Source of the DNA: a virus
Virus record (IMG/VR): IMGVR_UViG_3300009849_000001
Location: 1 to 64,000 of that record
Length of the DNA stretch: 64,000 nt
Strand: one strand, 5' to 3'
Shown: piece by piece, positions 1 through 10,795 of the stretch
Position numbering within the stretch: the first letter of the stretch is position 1
Layout: each line of letters begins with the position of its first letter
Position numbers and translations under genes: made by a program
Notes under the pieces: model-generated
What the model was told of the DNA's origin: nothing
Databases searched by the model: none
What the model saw: only the letters and a program-made list of their open reading frames with translations

Positions 1-3000
1 AAGATCATCAACAACATCTTCATCCTGACTTGTATCAACGTCTTCCGATATTGTTTGTTTTGCCCGTTCGGGTGTTAGCTTTTTCTTTGTTGCATTTTTA
101 AAAGCTTTCGCAAGTTCGGCAGATCTACCCCCACCTTTATCTACGGAACCAATACCGTTAGGATGCTTGTCAATAAATTCAACTATGTCATTTTCAGTAA
201 TCTCTGTATTGGCAATACCAGACAACTCTTGTGCAAGATCATCTATATTTCTACCTTTTTCGCTAAAGTAATTAGGGATTATCTGACGGTTTCCCTGTAG
301 ATTGTTTGCATCTACAAAAAGATCATAGCCTATTCTTTTAATTTTACTGAAATTTTCAGATATGATTTTCTCTATATGGCTAATGTTACCGGGCTTATCT
401 ACCTCCTCAAGATAAGCCGTAGCAATTTCTTTAGGATCCTTGCTTTCATTTATTATCTTATCTAATACCTGATCTTGGGTGTCCGGTATCTCATCAGGTT
501 TTTCAACCTTTTCAGGCTTCTTAACCTCCGGTATTTCCTCCGGCCCTTTAACTTTCTCTGCTTTCTCCTGTTGAAATATAGCTGACTGAACTGCCTTAAC
601 CTTTTTGGCAATATTTTCAGCAAATTCACTCTTTTGATTCTGTGACCAACCGGATTCGCTACCCATTACTCCATCATAATCCAAACCTTCCTTTTCTAAT
701 TCAGCCCGAGCAATTCTTTCCGATATCTTAGCAAGATCCTTATTCTTAAAACTGTTTTGGATATCGTTAATATCATTTGTTTTAAGTTTGTTCGTTTCGG
801 GATTAATATGCAGACTTCTTTTTAGCTCAGAAATAGCAACGTCACTAAGCCCATTGCGTTTAGCCACATCAGAAATATGTTCAGCAAAATTAACAATTGT
901 ATTATCTTCTAATTTATTTCTTTCAGATGTTAATGCTTCCAATTCAGCATACTTAGCAGGGAGTGGCTCTGTTAAAAGTTTGCGCATAGCTTGGTCTTCT
1001 GAAATATCAAATTCCACCATGTAATCTTTAATTACCACATCCTCAATCTCATCAATTCTATTCTGTAAGGATTGAATTTTTTTTCCCGAATAATCAGTTT
1101 CAATCTCTTTAGTATCCCTAATATCTGATGTTTTCTCCGCCCCCTTAACTTCTTCTACTTCTACCGGTCTTACAACTTCTTTTTTTACCTCTGGTTTGGT
1201 GACCGGTTTCACCTCTGGGTTTTTGGCTTTTTTTTCTGAGTGTTGTTTCTCAATTTCTTCAATGGAGAGGTTGGAAACATCTACGCCACTTGCTTTTAAT
1301 TCATCGGTTTTAGTTTGCAGTTCATCTACCTTTTTAAGGTCCTCAGCTTGCTTTTCACCCGTTGGAACTTCTGGCACCTGATCTTCTATATCTAAGACTG
1401 TGTTGTTAGCCTCTCTTTCTTGCATGATTTGGTCAAGCATATCCTCATGATTACGTTGCTTGCGCTCTTTAATCATATCCCCAATTTTCTTTGGTGCTGC
1501 AGCTGCAGTAAATCCGGCTCCTGAAACAGTGCCAATGGAAAATGCATCTACCACGTTTGAAAATGGATTAATATCAGGATTAACACCTGTTGCCATATCG
1601 GTGATGTTTCCTAAAAATTGATTTACCGCTTCCGACAAACCCTCTTGTACTGGTGCTGTGTAAATTCCTATTTTCTTGTAATATCTCTTTAAATTATTAA
1701 TGAAACCTTTCTTTATGGCCTCTTGTGCAACTTCTTTACCTGCTTTTTTGTATAGAGATTTAACCATACCACCTAATTGTGCTGTCCCTACGGTCTCTGT
1801 AATCACCTCAAATGATCCAGTAAGTATGGCGTTAGCAACCTTAACAGATTCGGCTACGTCATCCACTTTGTCTAATTCTGCTTTTTTTTCAGCACCTGCA
1901 GATAATCCAAGTGTTATTAATCCTGCACCACCTGTAAACGCTGCCGTTAAACTTGGTATTAAAGATTCACCTGCCCCAAGACCAGCTGCCCCAATAGCAT
2001 TAGAATATTGCCCTGTTTTAAGGTATGCTTCAATACTTTTATCATATCTTTCTGAAACGGTTCTTAAATTATCAGCATTCTTATCAAGAAAATCTGTAAT
2101 CTTATTGTCTGAAACAGTAGTTTTTAACTGTTCTGAAAGTCCTGAACCTGGTCTTATATCCTCTAATAGTTGCAGGGCCTCTTTTTTCTTATCCGCCTTA
2201 AGCTCACCTGAATCAATTGCCTTTGATACAAGATATTCTTTAAATGCGGTTTCAGGAAGTCTACTAATATCATCAATAAGAGCCGGAATTCTAAATAAGG
2301 AACGTCCAAATGATAAACCACCGGCACCAACCCTCTCCATGAAATCTCCAAAATAAGAGGTTTTATCTTTAGAGGTTATCATTGGAGGTAGATCCTGAAA
2401 ATTATTCTCCTCTTCAAGTATTTTATTAACCTCTTCATCAAATCTGTCAGGATCCCCAATTTTCATTTTAGCCAATGGAACACTGTATTCCGGATCATCT
2501 AATTTTGAGGAGGTAATCATTTTTGAAACATCCCTGCCGTCTCGCTTAAGAACTTTAACAGCTTCATTCTTAGTGATACCCATTTCGTCAGGGCTTACGC
2601 CAGTCATTTCAAAATACTCTGTTTTCCATTTTGTAGGATGATTAGGACTTTTCAGGTTTTTACCATCAAGTCCAAAGGAACCCCAATGAGGAACGTCATC
2701 ACCTTCTTCTTGCACTGGAACTTGTCCAGATTGCCATGCCCCCCTGTAATCGTAATTTGAATTATCCGTTTCTGGATACTCCCCAATTTTATCTTTAAAA
2801 GCTTCTTTCCACTCAATAACAGCAGGTTCTGTAGCCATGAAATCCTGATATTCCGCCTCTTCTTGATCTGCAAGTGCAGTAGGTGAGTAATCAGTATTTG
2901 GTTCGGTGGGATTAGTTACTTTTTCAATATCGCTTTCTAAATCAAATTCTTCAAGAACTTCATATTCTGCATTTGGATCAAGCCCCTCTTGATTTATATT

Positions 3001-3069
3001 TACAGATTTTGATTTATCACCATCATCTTCTATCACCTCATATTTGCTTAAATCAAATTCTTCAGCCAT
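1..3069 (-). CDS. Large virion-associated protein, N-terminal 1023 codons (3' end lies beyond the left edge of the window)
   Basis: Absent from the ORF track because no stop lies in the window. ATG at 3069-3067. Hand translation MAEEFDLSKYEVIEDDGDKS... read through to base 1 (...DTSQDEDVVDDL) without meeting a stop; 3069 nt = 1023 codons. Gly/Ala-rich hydrophobic block (GAAGLGAGESLIPSLTAAFTGGAGLITLGLSAG) and K/E/P/V-rich repeats. Distal end of the structural operon. Confidence 0.6.
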   Translation of the reverse strand, partial: MAEEFDLSKYEVIEDDGDKSKSVNINQEGLDPNAEYEVLEEFDLESDIEKVTNPTEPNTDYSPTALADQEEAEYQDFMATEPAVIEWKEAFKDKIGEYPETDNSNYDYRGAWQSGQVPVQEEGDDVPHWGSFGLDGKNLKSPNHPTKWKTEYFEMTGVSPDEMGITKNEAVKVLKRDGRDVSKMITSSKLDDPEYSVPLAKMKIGDPDRFDEEVNKILEEENNFQDLPPMITSKDKTSYFGDFMERVGAGGLSFGRSLFRIPALIDDISRLPETAFKEYLVSKAIDSGELKADKKKEALQLLEDIRPGSGLSEQLKTTVSDNKITDFLDKNADNLRTVSERYDKSIEAYLKTGQYSNAIGAAGLGAGESLIPSLTAAFTGGAGLITLGLSAGAEKKAELDKVDDVAESVKVANAILTGSFEVITETVGTAQLGGMVKSLYKKAGKEVAQEAIKKGFINNLKRYYKKIGIYTAPVQEGLSEAVNQFLGNITDMATGVNPDINPFSNVVDAFSIGTVSGAGFTAAAAPKKIGDMIKERKQRNHEDMLDQIMQEREANNTVLDIEDQVPEVPTGEKQAEDLKKVDELQTKTDELKASGVDVSNLSIEEIEKQHSEKKAKNPEVKPVTKPEVKKEVVRPVEVEEVKGAEKTSDIRDTKEIETDYSGKKIQSLQNRIDEIEDVVIKDYMVEFDISEDQAMRKLLTEPLPAKYAELEALTSERNKLEDNTIVNFAEHISDVAKRNGLSDVAISELKRSLHINPETNKLKTNDINDIQNSFKNKDLAKISERIARAELEKEGLDYDGVMGSESGWSQNQKSEFAENIAKKVKAVQSAIFQQEKAEKVKGPEEIPEVKKPEKVEKPDEIPDTQDQVLDKIINESKDPKEIATAYLEEVDKPGNISHIEKIISENFSKIKRIGYDLFVDANNLQGNRQIIPNYFSEKGRNIDDLAQELSGIANTEITENDIVEFIDKHPNGIGSVDKGGGRSAELAKAFKNATKKKLTPERAKQTISEDVDTSQDEDVVDDL

Positions 3070-3070
3070 C

Positions 3071-4651
3071 CTATTGCTCTTTTATATATTTACCGGTTGC
3101 ATTATCCCAAACAATAACCTCTCCTGTTTCTTTGTTTCTCAACCTTTTACCAATATTTCCTTTTGCTTGAGGTGTTTGTTCAGGGATTGTAAATCCTGAA
3201 TTAGTTATTTGTGCCTTAACATCTTTGTATGGTACTAGATAAGTATTCCCTATATTTTTAACACCTCTAATCAGTTTTTTGTTTTTGTCAAGATATTCTT
3301 GAACATCAGTAATTGATCCAACGGCATAAGGCTCATCACTAATAGCATCACCATATCCAAGGGTTTTCAGGCTGTTCATTTCTCTTTTTGTAAGAGTTAA
3401 CCCTTTTGTTAATATCCCGTTTTCCGCCCGTTGCATCAACTGTTTTTTAGTCAATGAAGGGGGAAGTCTTTTGATATCAATATCCTGATTAGTGCTAGGT
3501 ATCAATGATACTCTGTTTATTTTAAAATCAAAATTTCCTCCAGGTGCTTTAGTGACCCCTTTTTCTGTAAGAATACCTACTGAATTAACATTAGCACTAA
3601 TTGTAATGGGTTTATCGTTCTTATCAGCAATAGCCCATCCTTTTGTAGGGATGGATTCATTATATATTGTTTGCGCCTCTACCTTATTCATACCTTCAGG
3701 AAGTCCACCAGTGACAATATTCTCATCAAAATCACGGGTTATAGAAAGTTGTATCGCCTTTTCATCTTGAGTCACCCGTAAGCCATTTGTAACTATTGCA
3801 CCACCAACATTATTTACTTTTTTATCATCGTCACCGGCTCTTCTTTGTTGTGTTGTTTTAGTGCCTTGTAGAGTTTGATTTACAGATCTTAAGAAGTCAT
3901 CTTTATTAGGGAACTGCGCTTGAACTGTAGGGTCAGTGTCATATTTTTCTGAGGCTGCTGCCTGAACACTTTGCCGGTTAAACTTTTCAGTTGATGTATT
4001 GACAAACTCACCTGAAACATCATCAATCTTTGTGCCTCCTACTGTTTTATCAACCCCTACGACATTTTTTATATCCTTCACAACCTCTAACATATCAAAC
4101 TGCTCAGGCTTTTCGGTTAGTTGGATTGGATTCTGTGTAATGTATTCCAACATACCACCGGCCTCTTTGATTTTTTCAGCATCAAATTCATAAGGATTAC
4201 CAAAACGCTTAATGGCTTCCTTATTTTCAGGGGTATTCCATTTAGGATCTGTAAGAACCTTGTTTTTTAATGTTGTGTAATTTTTATGGGCAGTATTAAG
4301 CAATTCTGTTTTGGCGTTTCGCTCTAATTTGAATATTTCATTTTCAGCCATTTGCCCTGCTGTCAACTTCCCATTTTGCTTGACATTCCAGTCAATATTC
4401 TTCTTTCTGAAATCATTAAATTCCTGCTCAAATTCATTCAAATACGGTGCAGCCCATTTAAGTTTGTCTAGTTCTGGATTCATTGAAGCCAGACTATTAT
4501 CCAAAATAGCCTTTTGTTTCTTCTTTTTCTCTTGAGCTTTTGACGCTTCAAATTTTCCAACCCGTTGATTGAATTCATTAGGATCAAAAGAGGATGAAAA
4601 GGCCGTGGCACCAAAACCTAATGGTGTAGCCTCTGCGTTTGGATTAGCCAT
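3071..4651 (-). CDS. Hypothetical virion/tail-module protein (526 aa)
   Basis: Long ORF tiled head-to-tail in the structural operon (8-nt overlap upstream, 1-nt gap downstream). No motif recognised. Confidence 0.65.
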   Translation of the reverse strand: MANPNAEATPLGFGATAFSSSFDPNEFNQRVGKFEASKAQEKKKKQKAILDNSLASMNPELDKLKWAAPYLNEFEQEFNDFRKKNIDWNVKQNGKLTAGQMAENEIFKLERNAKTELLNTAHKNYTTLKNKVLTDPKWNTPENKEAIKRFGNPYEFDAEKIKEAGGMLEYITQNPIQLTEKPEQFDMLEVVKDIKNVVGVDKTVGGTKIDDVSGEFVNTSTEKFNRQSVQAAASEKYDTDPTVQAQFPNKDDFLRSVNQTLQGTKTTQQRRAGDDDKKVNNVGGAIVTNGLRVTQDEKAIQLSITRDFDENIVTGGLPEGMNKVEAQTIYNESIPTKGWAIADKNDKPITISANVNSVGILTEKGVTKAPGGNFDFKINRVSLIPSTNQDIDIKRLPPSLTKKQLMQRAENGILTKGLTLTKREMNSLKTLGYGDAISDEPYAVGSITDVQEYLDKNKKLIRGVKNIGNTYLVPYKDVKAQITNSGFTIPEQTPQAKGNIGKRLRNKETGEVIVWDNATGKYIKEQ

Positions 4652-5417
4652 AGTATTGAATTATATTATTATCACTTGTGTTTAAACCTGTTCTTCTCTT
4701 TATTCCGGGATAATTAAGATTAGCCATATCACCAGTGTAGGTATCACTGTCAGCAACGGTAGCCGCATCAGGGTTAGTGGCATTTGTTTTAGCCGTAACG
4801 TTTATAGCGGCACTTGTTGTATCGGTATCTGTTTTACCTGCTCCTGTATTTAAAAAATAGTTGGATATCCCCCCTACTGCATCCGATACAGCAGCAAAAG
4901 TATTCTGTTTACCGGCTGCATCTAATGCGCCTGCAGTTTGCATCGCATCTTGATAAGGTTGATTAACATTCGCCTCCCAATTCTTATCCCTGTCATCTCC
5001 TACTCTATTGAGTTGGGATTGTAAAGCTTGTTGGTTCCGGTCTTGTCTTTCTGCAGCCTTGACTTTTAAGTCTCTCAAAGGATTAGTATATAACTTACGG
5101 TAAGCCTCAGTAGCACCACTAGCAACATCGCCGCTAGTTGTTGCCGCCTCTTTTATTGCAGAAACAGCACCACCAGTAGCTCCCATAAACTTACCTTCAA
5201 GAACACCTTGTCCAGGAAGATCAGATTCAGCAGCTTTAGATTCAGCTAATTTTAATGCTTTAAGCTTTTCTGCTGCAGTTTCCCTATCATTAGCATCCCT
5301 TTTTGCTTGCGCTTCTTTTCTTATTTTATTAGACCTCTTATTTTGATCTGCGGCCATTTTTGCCTTTACTCCACTTACTGCCAATGAGGCCCCAAGTGCA
5401 ATTAATGGTAATGCCAT
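4644..5417 (-). CDS. Hypothetical virion protein with N-terminal hydrophobic helix and Ala/Lys/Glu-rich coiled-coil-like region
   Basis: MALPLIALGASLAVSGV followed by KAKMAADQNKRSNKIRKEAQAKRD... Lies between giant structural genes. Confidence 0.6.
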   Translation of the reverse strand: MALPLIALGASLAVSGVKAKMAADQNKRSNKIRKEAQAKRDANDRETAAEKLKALKLAESKAAESDLPGQGVLEGKFMGATGGAVSAIKEAATTSGDVASGATEAYRKLYTNPLRDLKVKAAERQDRNQQALQSQLNRVGDDRDKNWEANVNQPYQDAMQTAGALDAAGKQNTFAAVSDAVGGISNYFLNTGAGKTDTDTTSAAINVTAKTNATNPDAATVADSDTYTGDMANLNYPGIKRRTGLNTSDNNIIQYYG

Positions 5418-5422
5418 AACGT

Positions 5423-8400
5423 TTAGATTGTAAAATTAATATCCACTTCATACAGATTGGTTTCTTCATCGTTACTTTCTTCAAGTAATATGCTCATAAC
5501 CTCTCCTCTTAATTGATCTCCATTCATGAGTAATATGGGTTTTTCAACATTGTTTTTTGTTATCATATTCCTCATAAACTCAGTGTATCCAACACCTTCT
5601 TTGTACTTAAATTTCCCCTGTTTTAACCTTGATAACATACCGCTTGGATATGTTGCCGTTGGGTCAATATTAATGTTTGGTGCTGACCAACCGTTTTTAT
5701 TTGTAAATATACTCATACTATAGAAAGTTTTCACCATAGTAGGATCAATATTTACATACACCCTAAAACGCCTTGGATATTTCACCCCGTAAAACTGACA
5801 TCTAGGTACATTAGCTGAATTTTCAACATATAACTCATTCCCTTTAGAGGTGTAAAACTGGTTGCCAAATCTACACATGAAATCAGGCATTAAAGATAGA
5901 TTACAAGCAAACCTATTTTGCTTTTCATGGAATGCAATAGTTTCATTATTGTCTGGATTTACATCATCAATAAATGTAATAACAACAATATCGTTTTCAT
6001 CATCATACCCAGTCAGTACTTTTATATTATCTAATCCAGATTTTAACAGAGCTTTAGCTTTATTATGGAAAAAACCTGCGTATTTGTAATCTGAAACAGG
6101 ATGCAATCCATTGGCTGAATCTCTAATCATCATCCCTGAATAAATATCAAAGAAATAAATATGTCTTTCATTTCTCAATACACTTTCAGGGTTTGAACAT
6201 CCATAATCTAATTTTGAAGGATCCGCAACCCCAAATGTCCTATCGATAGCTACAAGTTGATTTTCACCATTTGATAATTGGGTGAATGTTTTCCCTATAT
6301 ATACTGGAGTCACCTTTCTTGGTTGGTAAACCTTTAGGGTGTCTCCTATTTGGGTAATGCTGGTAATTTCTCCAAATCGATCATCCAAATTAATCTTGTC
6401 AGCATTCTTGAATCTATTCAGGTCATTTATATCAGTATTATCAAAATACTTGCCTGAATGCCTGATTAGATTATAGACTTTATTTTCTGAATCTCTGTTT
6501 TCAACACCAACCCTTCCGTGACTTGTCATTTTAGAATCAAAAAAATCAGAAGTGTTCATATCAATACATGGAAAATCAGTAAGAGAAGTTAAATTATATC
6601 TGCTTCTTCTTGTGAAATCACCCTCTGTTATGACTCCTATTGCAGGTTGTCCAGATATATCGTTCGGGTCTTGGTCTGTTGTTTGCCCTTGGTGGACTCT
6701 ATTTTCAGTGCCAGGATTAATAATATCATAACAATCCCCAACACCAAAATAAAAATCTTCTTCATTTTCTTTTACGGGGGTAATAATCTCAATAACATCA
6801 CCTGCTGCAAACAAACTCTGTATGTCGGTTATATCTTGAGGTATGGCTACAATTAACTTTTGTGAATTATCTTTATATATGGTTTTGCCGTTACTGTCGG
6901 TTAAATCTATTTCAACATCAACCCACTCACCATCTCCATCGCTATATTCGTAACGCTTAACTTTTTCAGGGTCGTCATATTCTAAACCAAGTATTTCATA
7001 CTGATTTTCATCAGTTCGCTGCCTCCATCTTTCTCCCTCAGGACTCGAATCAAGATACCTGCCTATTGCTTTTACATGATCTCCATCAGTGAATACATAT
7101 GGCTGTAATGATGATTTTGGGATCTGCTCTATGGTGCCTAGTATTGATCTGTTTATGCCTACAATTCCATACTTAATACCAGACCTAACGTCTTCAACTG
7201 CGTTGTCCACTGTCCATTGAAATGATCTTGATTGACTAAGATTTTTAGTGACATACATTTGGTATTTTGTAGCCCATAACGGAGGTTTGTGTTTTAATTC
7301 ATAACCGATATGAATAACGGGTGCTATCAATACGCCATGTTCATCCTCATCCAGATATATTTGGGTGTCATTACCTGTTTGTAATGATGACTTTCTCCCG
7401 TAATTATCGGCATATTCAATAGCTACCTTATATAAACCCGTCTTAAATGTTCTACGCTTTGGATCGGATGCAATACTGGTATCCAATACACCACCAGAAA
7501 CATTTACTATTCCATAAATAATATCCCCCCCATCATCATCAAGGGCATTATAATTCATGGAGTATGGGAATGCAATCTGGCTATTGTCTTTGGTATTATA
7601 GAAAATTTCCAGACCTGTGCTTTTTTCCATATGTAAATTTCCACCTTCATCAATATCATATGTGTATTCCGTATATTCCCCCCCGCTTTCAAATATTTTA
7701 CCCTGCATGCCTAAATCAATTAGTTTCTGTACTAATTGAGATTGTAATTCATTTTGTTGTTCTAAATCAGTACCCGTAATTGTACTCCAGTCATCGGGCC
7801 CTTGAATCGTGATATCTGTACCGTTTGGCAACTCTACATTAATCACATATATTTTATCTCTGTACTCTGCTATGCTTGGAAGATTTAAAACTAAAAACGC
7901 CCATTTATTCCGGTCGAATTGCTGTTCTTCTGTAATCTCTGTTTCGAATCTAACAAAAGCAGGATTGTAACTAATCTGTTCTCCGATTGCATTTAAAGCA
8001 ATGTCTGTTTTTATGTTATCAAAACCTTCCGTAACTCTACCATAAGCTAATTGATTTGATGGTAAATACTCTTGTGTTTCTGCAATTTGTGGAAATATAT
8101 TATTTGAGTCTAAAACATCCCCTTCATCCAAGGCGACAAATGTTCTGTTATTTAAGAATCGGTATTTAATCCTTGAGGAATCAGGGATCAAATCATCTGT
8201 CTTTTCAAGAATATCATAACTTTTCCAGACCCCAAGCTCTCCTGCTTTTACAGCAATCTCTATTTTATCAACCCTTTCACCACCGGTTTCTATCATAAAA
8301 TCAATGGCGTTGTTTATATTTTGATCTGCTGCTGTGAATCCTCCTATTAATTCCTCCTCACTGGTAGGTATTAAGCATTGGGAAAATGGGCTGAATAAGG

Positions 8401-9457
8401 ATTTTTCTTTATCATCATAGATATATCTATAACAAAACTGGAATTGTTTTTCTTTGCAGTTATTGTACCTTATTTCATCGGTATCAATGTATCCCATTTC
8501 ATCACCACTAGCCTGAACTCCTGATTTGCGTTGAGCTGTAAATACATACCTTGTTTGACCATTTATGGGTGCAAGTAAATTTCCAACTACAGAGTCATCA
8601 GATCTGTACGCCAATACGCTTGTAACAATGTCAATCAAATGAAAGGATGATTCAGGTTTAAAATATGCTCCTATTGAGTTGGTTATTGTGATTTCGGAAG
8701 AATTATCATAAATCCTTTTTGTATTTTCAAAATGTTCTATCAAAACACCAGTTGTACTATTTGTTACATCAAAAGAAATGGTAGATTCCACATAATCAAC
8801 ATGACCTAATGAATTATCAAATGTAGCCGTACGGAAAACCCCCACATTAACCGTTTCACCAAGAAACATTATTAGATTTCTTGCAATATAATAATCACTA
8901 CTAGTATTTGCTGTTACATTTTCTTCCATAAGCCTGACAAGCTGTAGGATAGGTGGACATAATGGTGGTTTTATGGCAGCATTAATGACGTTATCATCAA
9001 TAGTATGGTATCCCCCATTTATAGCTGTTTCAATATTTATACTTTTAGGCTCTGGTTGCCCATCTGTCCAGAACAAAAGATCCCCAACAACATTAGCAGA
9101 TAGTATTGGGTGGTCCAGTGAGAAATTAAGGTGAGAATTCTCAGTTATAATATCTAACACAGTATTGTCTTTTGTATTCAGGCTTATGATACTGTGATTT
9201 CCATCATCCTTATGGACAAATATAATTACAGATTGTCTCTTTACGTCCTGAACCTTACCAATGAAACTGCAGCCATTAGCAGCCGTGTAGATAATCTCAT
9301 TACCTTTTTTATTGGTACGTGCCCCCACTTTACCATCAACAAAAGAAATAATATCGTTTAAAATTTCGTCAGAATCCCCCATTGGCTTAAACCTTGAGCT
9401 GACATCACTATCTAAACCAGACTCTACAAGTAAAATTTTATGTTTGTTGATAGGCAT
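5423..9457 (-). CDS. Giant tail/virion structural protein (1344 aa)
   Basis: 4-kb uninterrupted ORF downstream of the head and connector-size genes. Function assigned from position and size only. Confidence 0.7.
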   Translation of the reverse strand: MPINKHKILLVESGLDSDVSSRFKPMGDSDEILNDIISFVDGKVGARTNKKGNEIIYTAANGCSFIGKVQDVKRQSVIIFVHKDDGNHSIISLNTKDNTVLDIITENSHLNFSLDHPILSANVVGDLLFWTDGQPEPKSINIETAINGGYHTIDDNVINAAIKPPLCPPILQLVRLMEENVTANTSSDYYIARNLIMFLGETVNVGVFRTATFDNSLGHVDYVESTISFDVTNSTTGVLIEHFENTKRIYDNSSEITITNSIGAYFKPESSFHLIDIVTSVLAYRSDDSVVGNLLAPINGQTRYVFTAQRKSGVQASGDEMGYIDTDEIRYNNCKEKQFQFCYRYIYDDKEKSLFSPFSQCLIPTSEEELIGGFTAADQNINNAIDFMIETGGERVDKIEIAVKAGELGVWKSYDILEKTDDLIPDSSRIKYRFLNNRTFVALDEGDVLDSNNIFPQIAETQEYLPSNQLAYGRVTEGFDNIKTDIALNAIGEQISYNPAFVRFETEITEEQQFDRNKWAFLVLNLPSIAEYRDKIYVINVELPNGTDITIQGPDDWSTITGTDLEQQNELQSQLVQKLIDLGMQGKIFESGGEYTEYTYDIDEGGNLHMEKSTGLEIFYNTKDNSQIAFPYSMNYNALDDDGGDIIYGIVNVSGGVLDTSIASDPKRRTFKTGLYKVAIEYADNYGRKSSLQTGNDTQIYLDEDEHGVLIAPVIHIGYELKHKPPLWATKYQMYVTKNLSQSRSFQWTVDNAVEDVRSGIKYGIVGINRSILGTIEQIPKSSLQPYVFTDGDHVKAIGRYLDSSPEGERWRQRTDENQYEILGLEYDDPEKVKRYEYSDGDGEWVDVEIDLTDSNGKTIYKDNSQKLIVAIPQDITDIQSLFAAGDVIEIITPVKENEEDFYFGVGDCYDIINPGTENRVHQGQTTDQDPNDISGQPAIGVITEGDFTRRSRYNLTSLTDFPCIDMNTSDFFDSKMTSHGRVGVENRDSENKVYNLIRHSGKYFDNTDINDLNRFKNADKINLDDRFGEITSITQIGDTLKVYQPRKVTPVYIGKTFTQLSNGENQLVAIDRTFGVADPSKLDYGCSNPESVLRNERHIYFFDIYSGMMIRDSANGLHPVSDYKYAGFFHNKAKALLKSGLDNIKVLTGYDDENDIVVITFIDDVNPDNNETIAFHEKQNRFACNLSLMPDFMCRFGNQFYTSKGNELYVENSANVPRCQFYGVKYPRRFRVYVNIDPTMVKTFYSMSIFTNKNGWSAPNINIDPTATYPSGMLSRLKQGKFKYKEGVGYTEFMRNMITKNNVEKPILLMNGDQLRGEVMSILLEESNDEETNLYEVDINFTI

Positions 9458-9461
9458 ATTT

Positions 9462-10181
9462 TTATCTTTTTACGGTTTGTCCAATACCATGATATATGGC
9501 ATCTAGAAATTGTTCCGGGGTAAACATGTTTTCAATATCTCTCATGTTCGTTTTGTGATATTCCATTTGCTGAAATTTCCTTTGTTTCTCTGATCGTGCA
9601 ACTTGGTCATCATTATCAATATCGTTGTATTCCACATAGGCTCTTAATGCTTCAAATGCATGCACGGGAATAAAAGTTTCCCCCTTAAGATTTATGCCGG
9701 TTGATTGATAGACAATAATTACTTTTTCTACATACTCTTTTGTGTACAGGATCAATCTCCTATGACTTTTTTGGTGGGTGTACATGTAATCGTTTTGTCC
9801 ACCCGGTGCTGTGAATCCAGTTACTTTTCTGTCCGGGGTTACGTCTCCCTCTTGTTTTTCTGGATTACGTTTCCTTAATCCCTGTGGTGGTATGCCGTCC
9901 TCTTTTTCTGTAAATGACCAAAATTCCCCATTAATAGGAATGCCAACCGCTTTAAACTGCATTAACTGGTCTGGTAATGGAACACTCATTAAATCCTGAT
10001 TTACATCCACCCATTCGGACTCAACACTAGGAATATGATACAGCCTAAATTCCCTGCATCCTTCAATAGCAAACTGTAGCAATCTTTTATTGTCGTGCTT
10101 TGAGTAATCACCCCTTTTATTTAAGATAGAGGCTACAACCTGTTTTAAACTGATTGCTCCCATTGTTTTAGTGTGCTCCAT
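9462..10181 (-). CDS. Hypothetical structural-module protein (239 aa), connector/tail size class
   Basis: Tiled ORF. TAATG stop/start overlap with the upstream gene at 10181. Confidence 0.65.
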   Translation of the reverse strand: MEHTKTMGAISLKQVVASILNKRGDYSKHDNKRLLQFAIEGCREFRLYHIPSVESEWVDVNQDLMSVPLPDQLMQFKAVGIPINGEFWSFTEKEDGIPPQGLRKRNPEKQEGDVTPDRKVTGFTAPGGQNDYMYTHQKSHRRLILYTKEYVEKVIIVYQSTGINLKGETFIPVHAFEALRAYVEYNDIDNDDQVARSEKQRKFQQMEYHKTNMRDIENMFTPEQFLDAIYHGIGQTVKR

Positions 10182-10795
10182 TACTGTATTTGTTTATCGT
10201 CTTGGTTTGGTGTGTTGTCCGTAGGCAATTGTCCACTTAATATCTGAGTAGTAAATTGAAGGATCATATCTTCTTTTCCTGCAGGGATGGTAATTTCATC
10301 ATCATCCGCATAATCCTCTAATGGTGGGACCAATCTCATTCTCACCTTCTTTACTAATTTTTGTTTCCAATCATAGTATTGGTACACCACCTTTTTAGAT
10401 CTCAAGTAATATGAAGGATCGGAAATTGTTTGCCCAACCTCTAATTGTGAAAATACATCTTCGGCTAAACTATTAATAGGAACAAATGACATAGGCTCTC
10501 TTAGAGGTGAGATTTTATGTACCCCTGAATTCCTTGGAAGCTGAATAACTACTATTGGTAAATCAGAGTAGTATTCATCAAATTCTTCATCATACTTAAC
10601 TTCGGCAACGTAATCCCGTGCATACAAATCTTTTTCATCAAGCTGTCTGTAAAAAACCTGATAAATAGCAGCAGAAAAAGCCATTGAGGCAATTAAATTA
10701 ATTCTGCCAGTATGATACTTTTCAATTAGATCCGGATTGGCATCACCAGAGGTAAGAACCCCCTGTACTATTTCTATAAATTGCTCTTTAGTCAT
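10181..10795 (-). CDS. Hypothetical structural-module protein (204 aa)
   Basis: Tiled ORF. ATGA overlap with the upstream gene at 10792-10795. Confidence 0.65.
   Translation of the reverse strand: MTKEQFIEIVQGVLTSGDANPDLIEKYHTGRINLIASMAFSAAIYQVFYRQLDEKDLYARDYVAEVKYDEEFDEYYSDLPIVVIQLPRNSGVHKISPLREPMSFVPINSLAEDVFSQLEVGQTISDPSYYLRSKKVVYQYYDWKQKLVKKVRMRLVPPLEDYADDDEITIPAGKEDMILQFTTQILSGQLPTDNTPNQDDKQIQ

Noticed and set aside
1700-2356. 218-codon plus-strand ORF, and similar antisense ORFs (29879-30376 in dnaB; 19131-19641 in terL; 21700-22074)
   Set aside because: They lie antisense to long, motif-supported or end-to-end open minus-strand genes. Their Ser/Pro/Ala-rich, low-complexity products are typical shadow ORFs.
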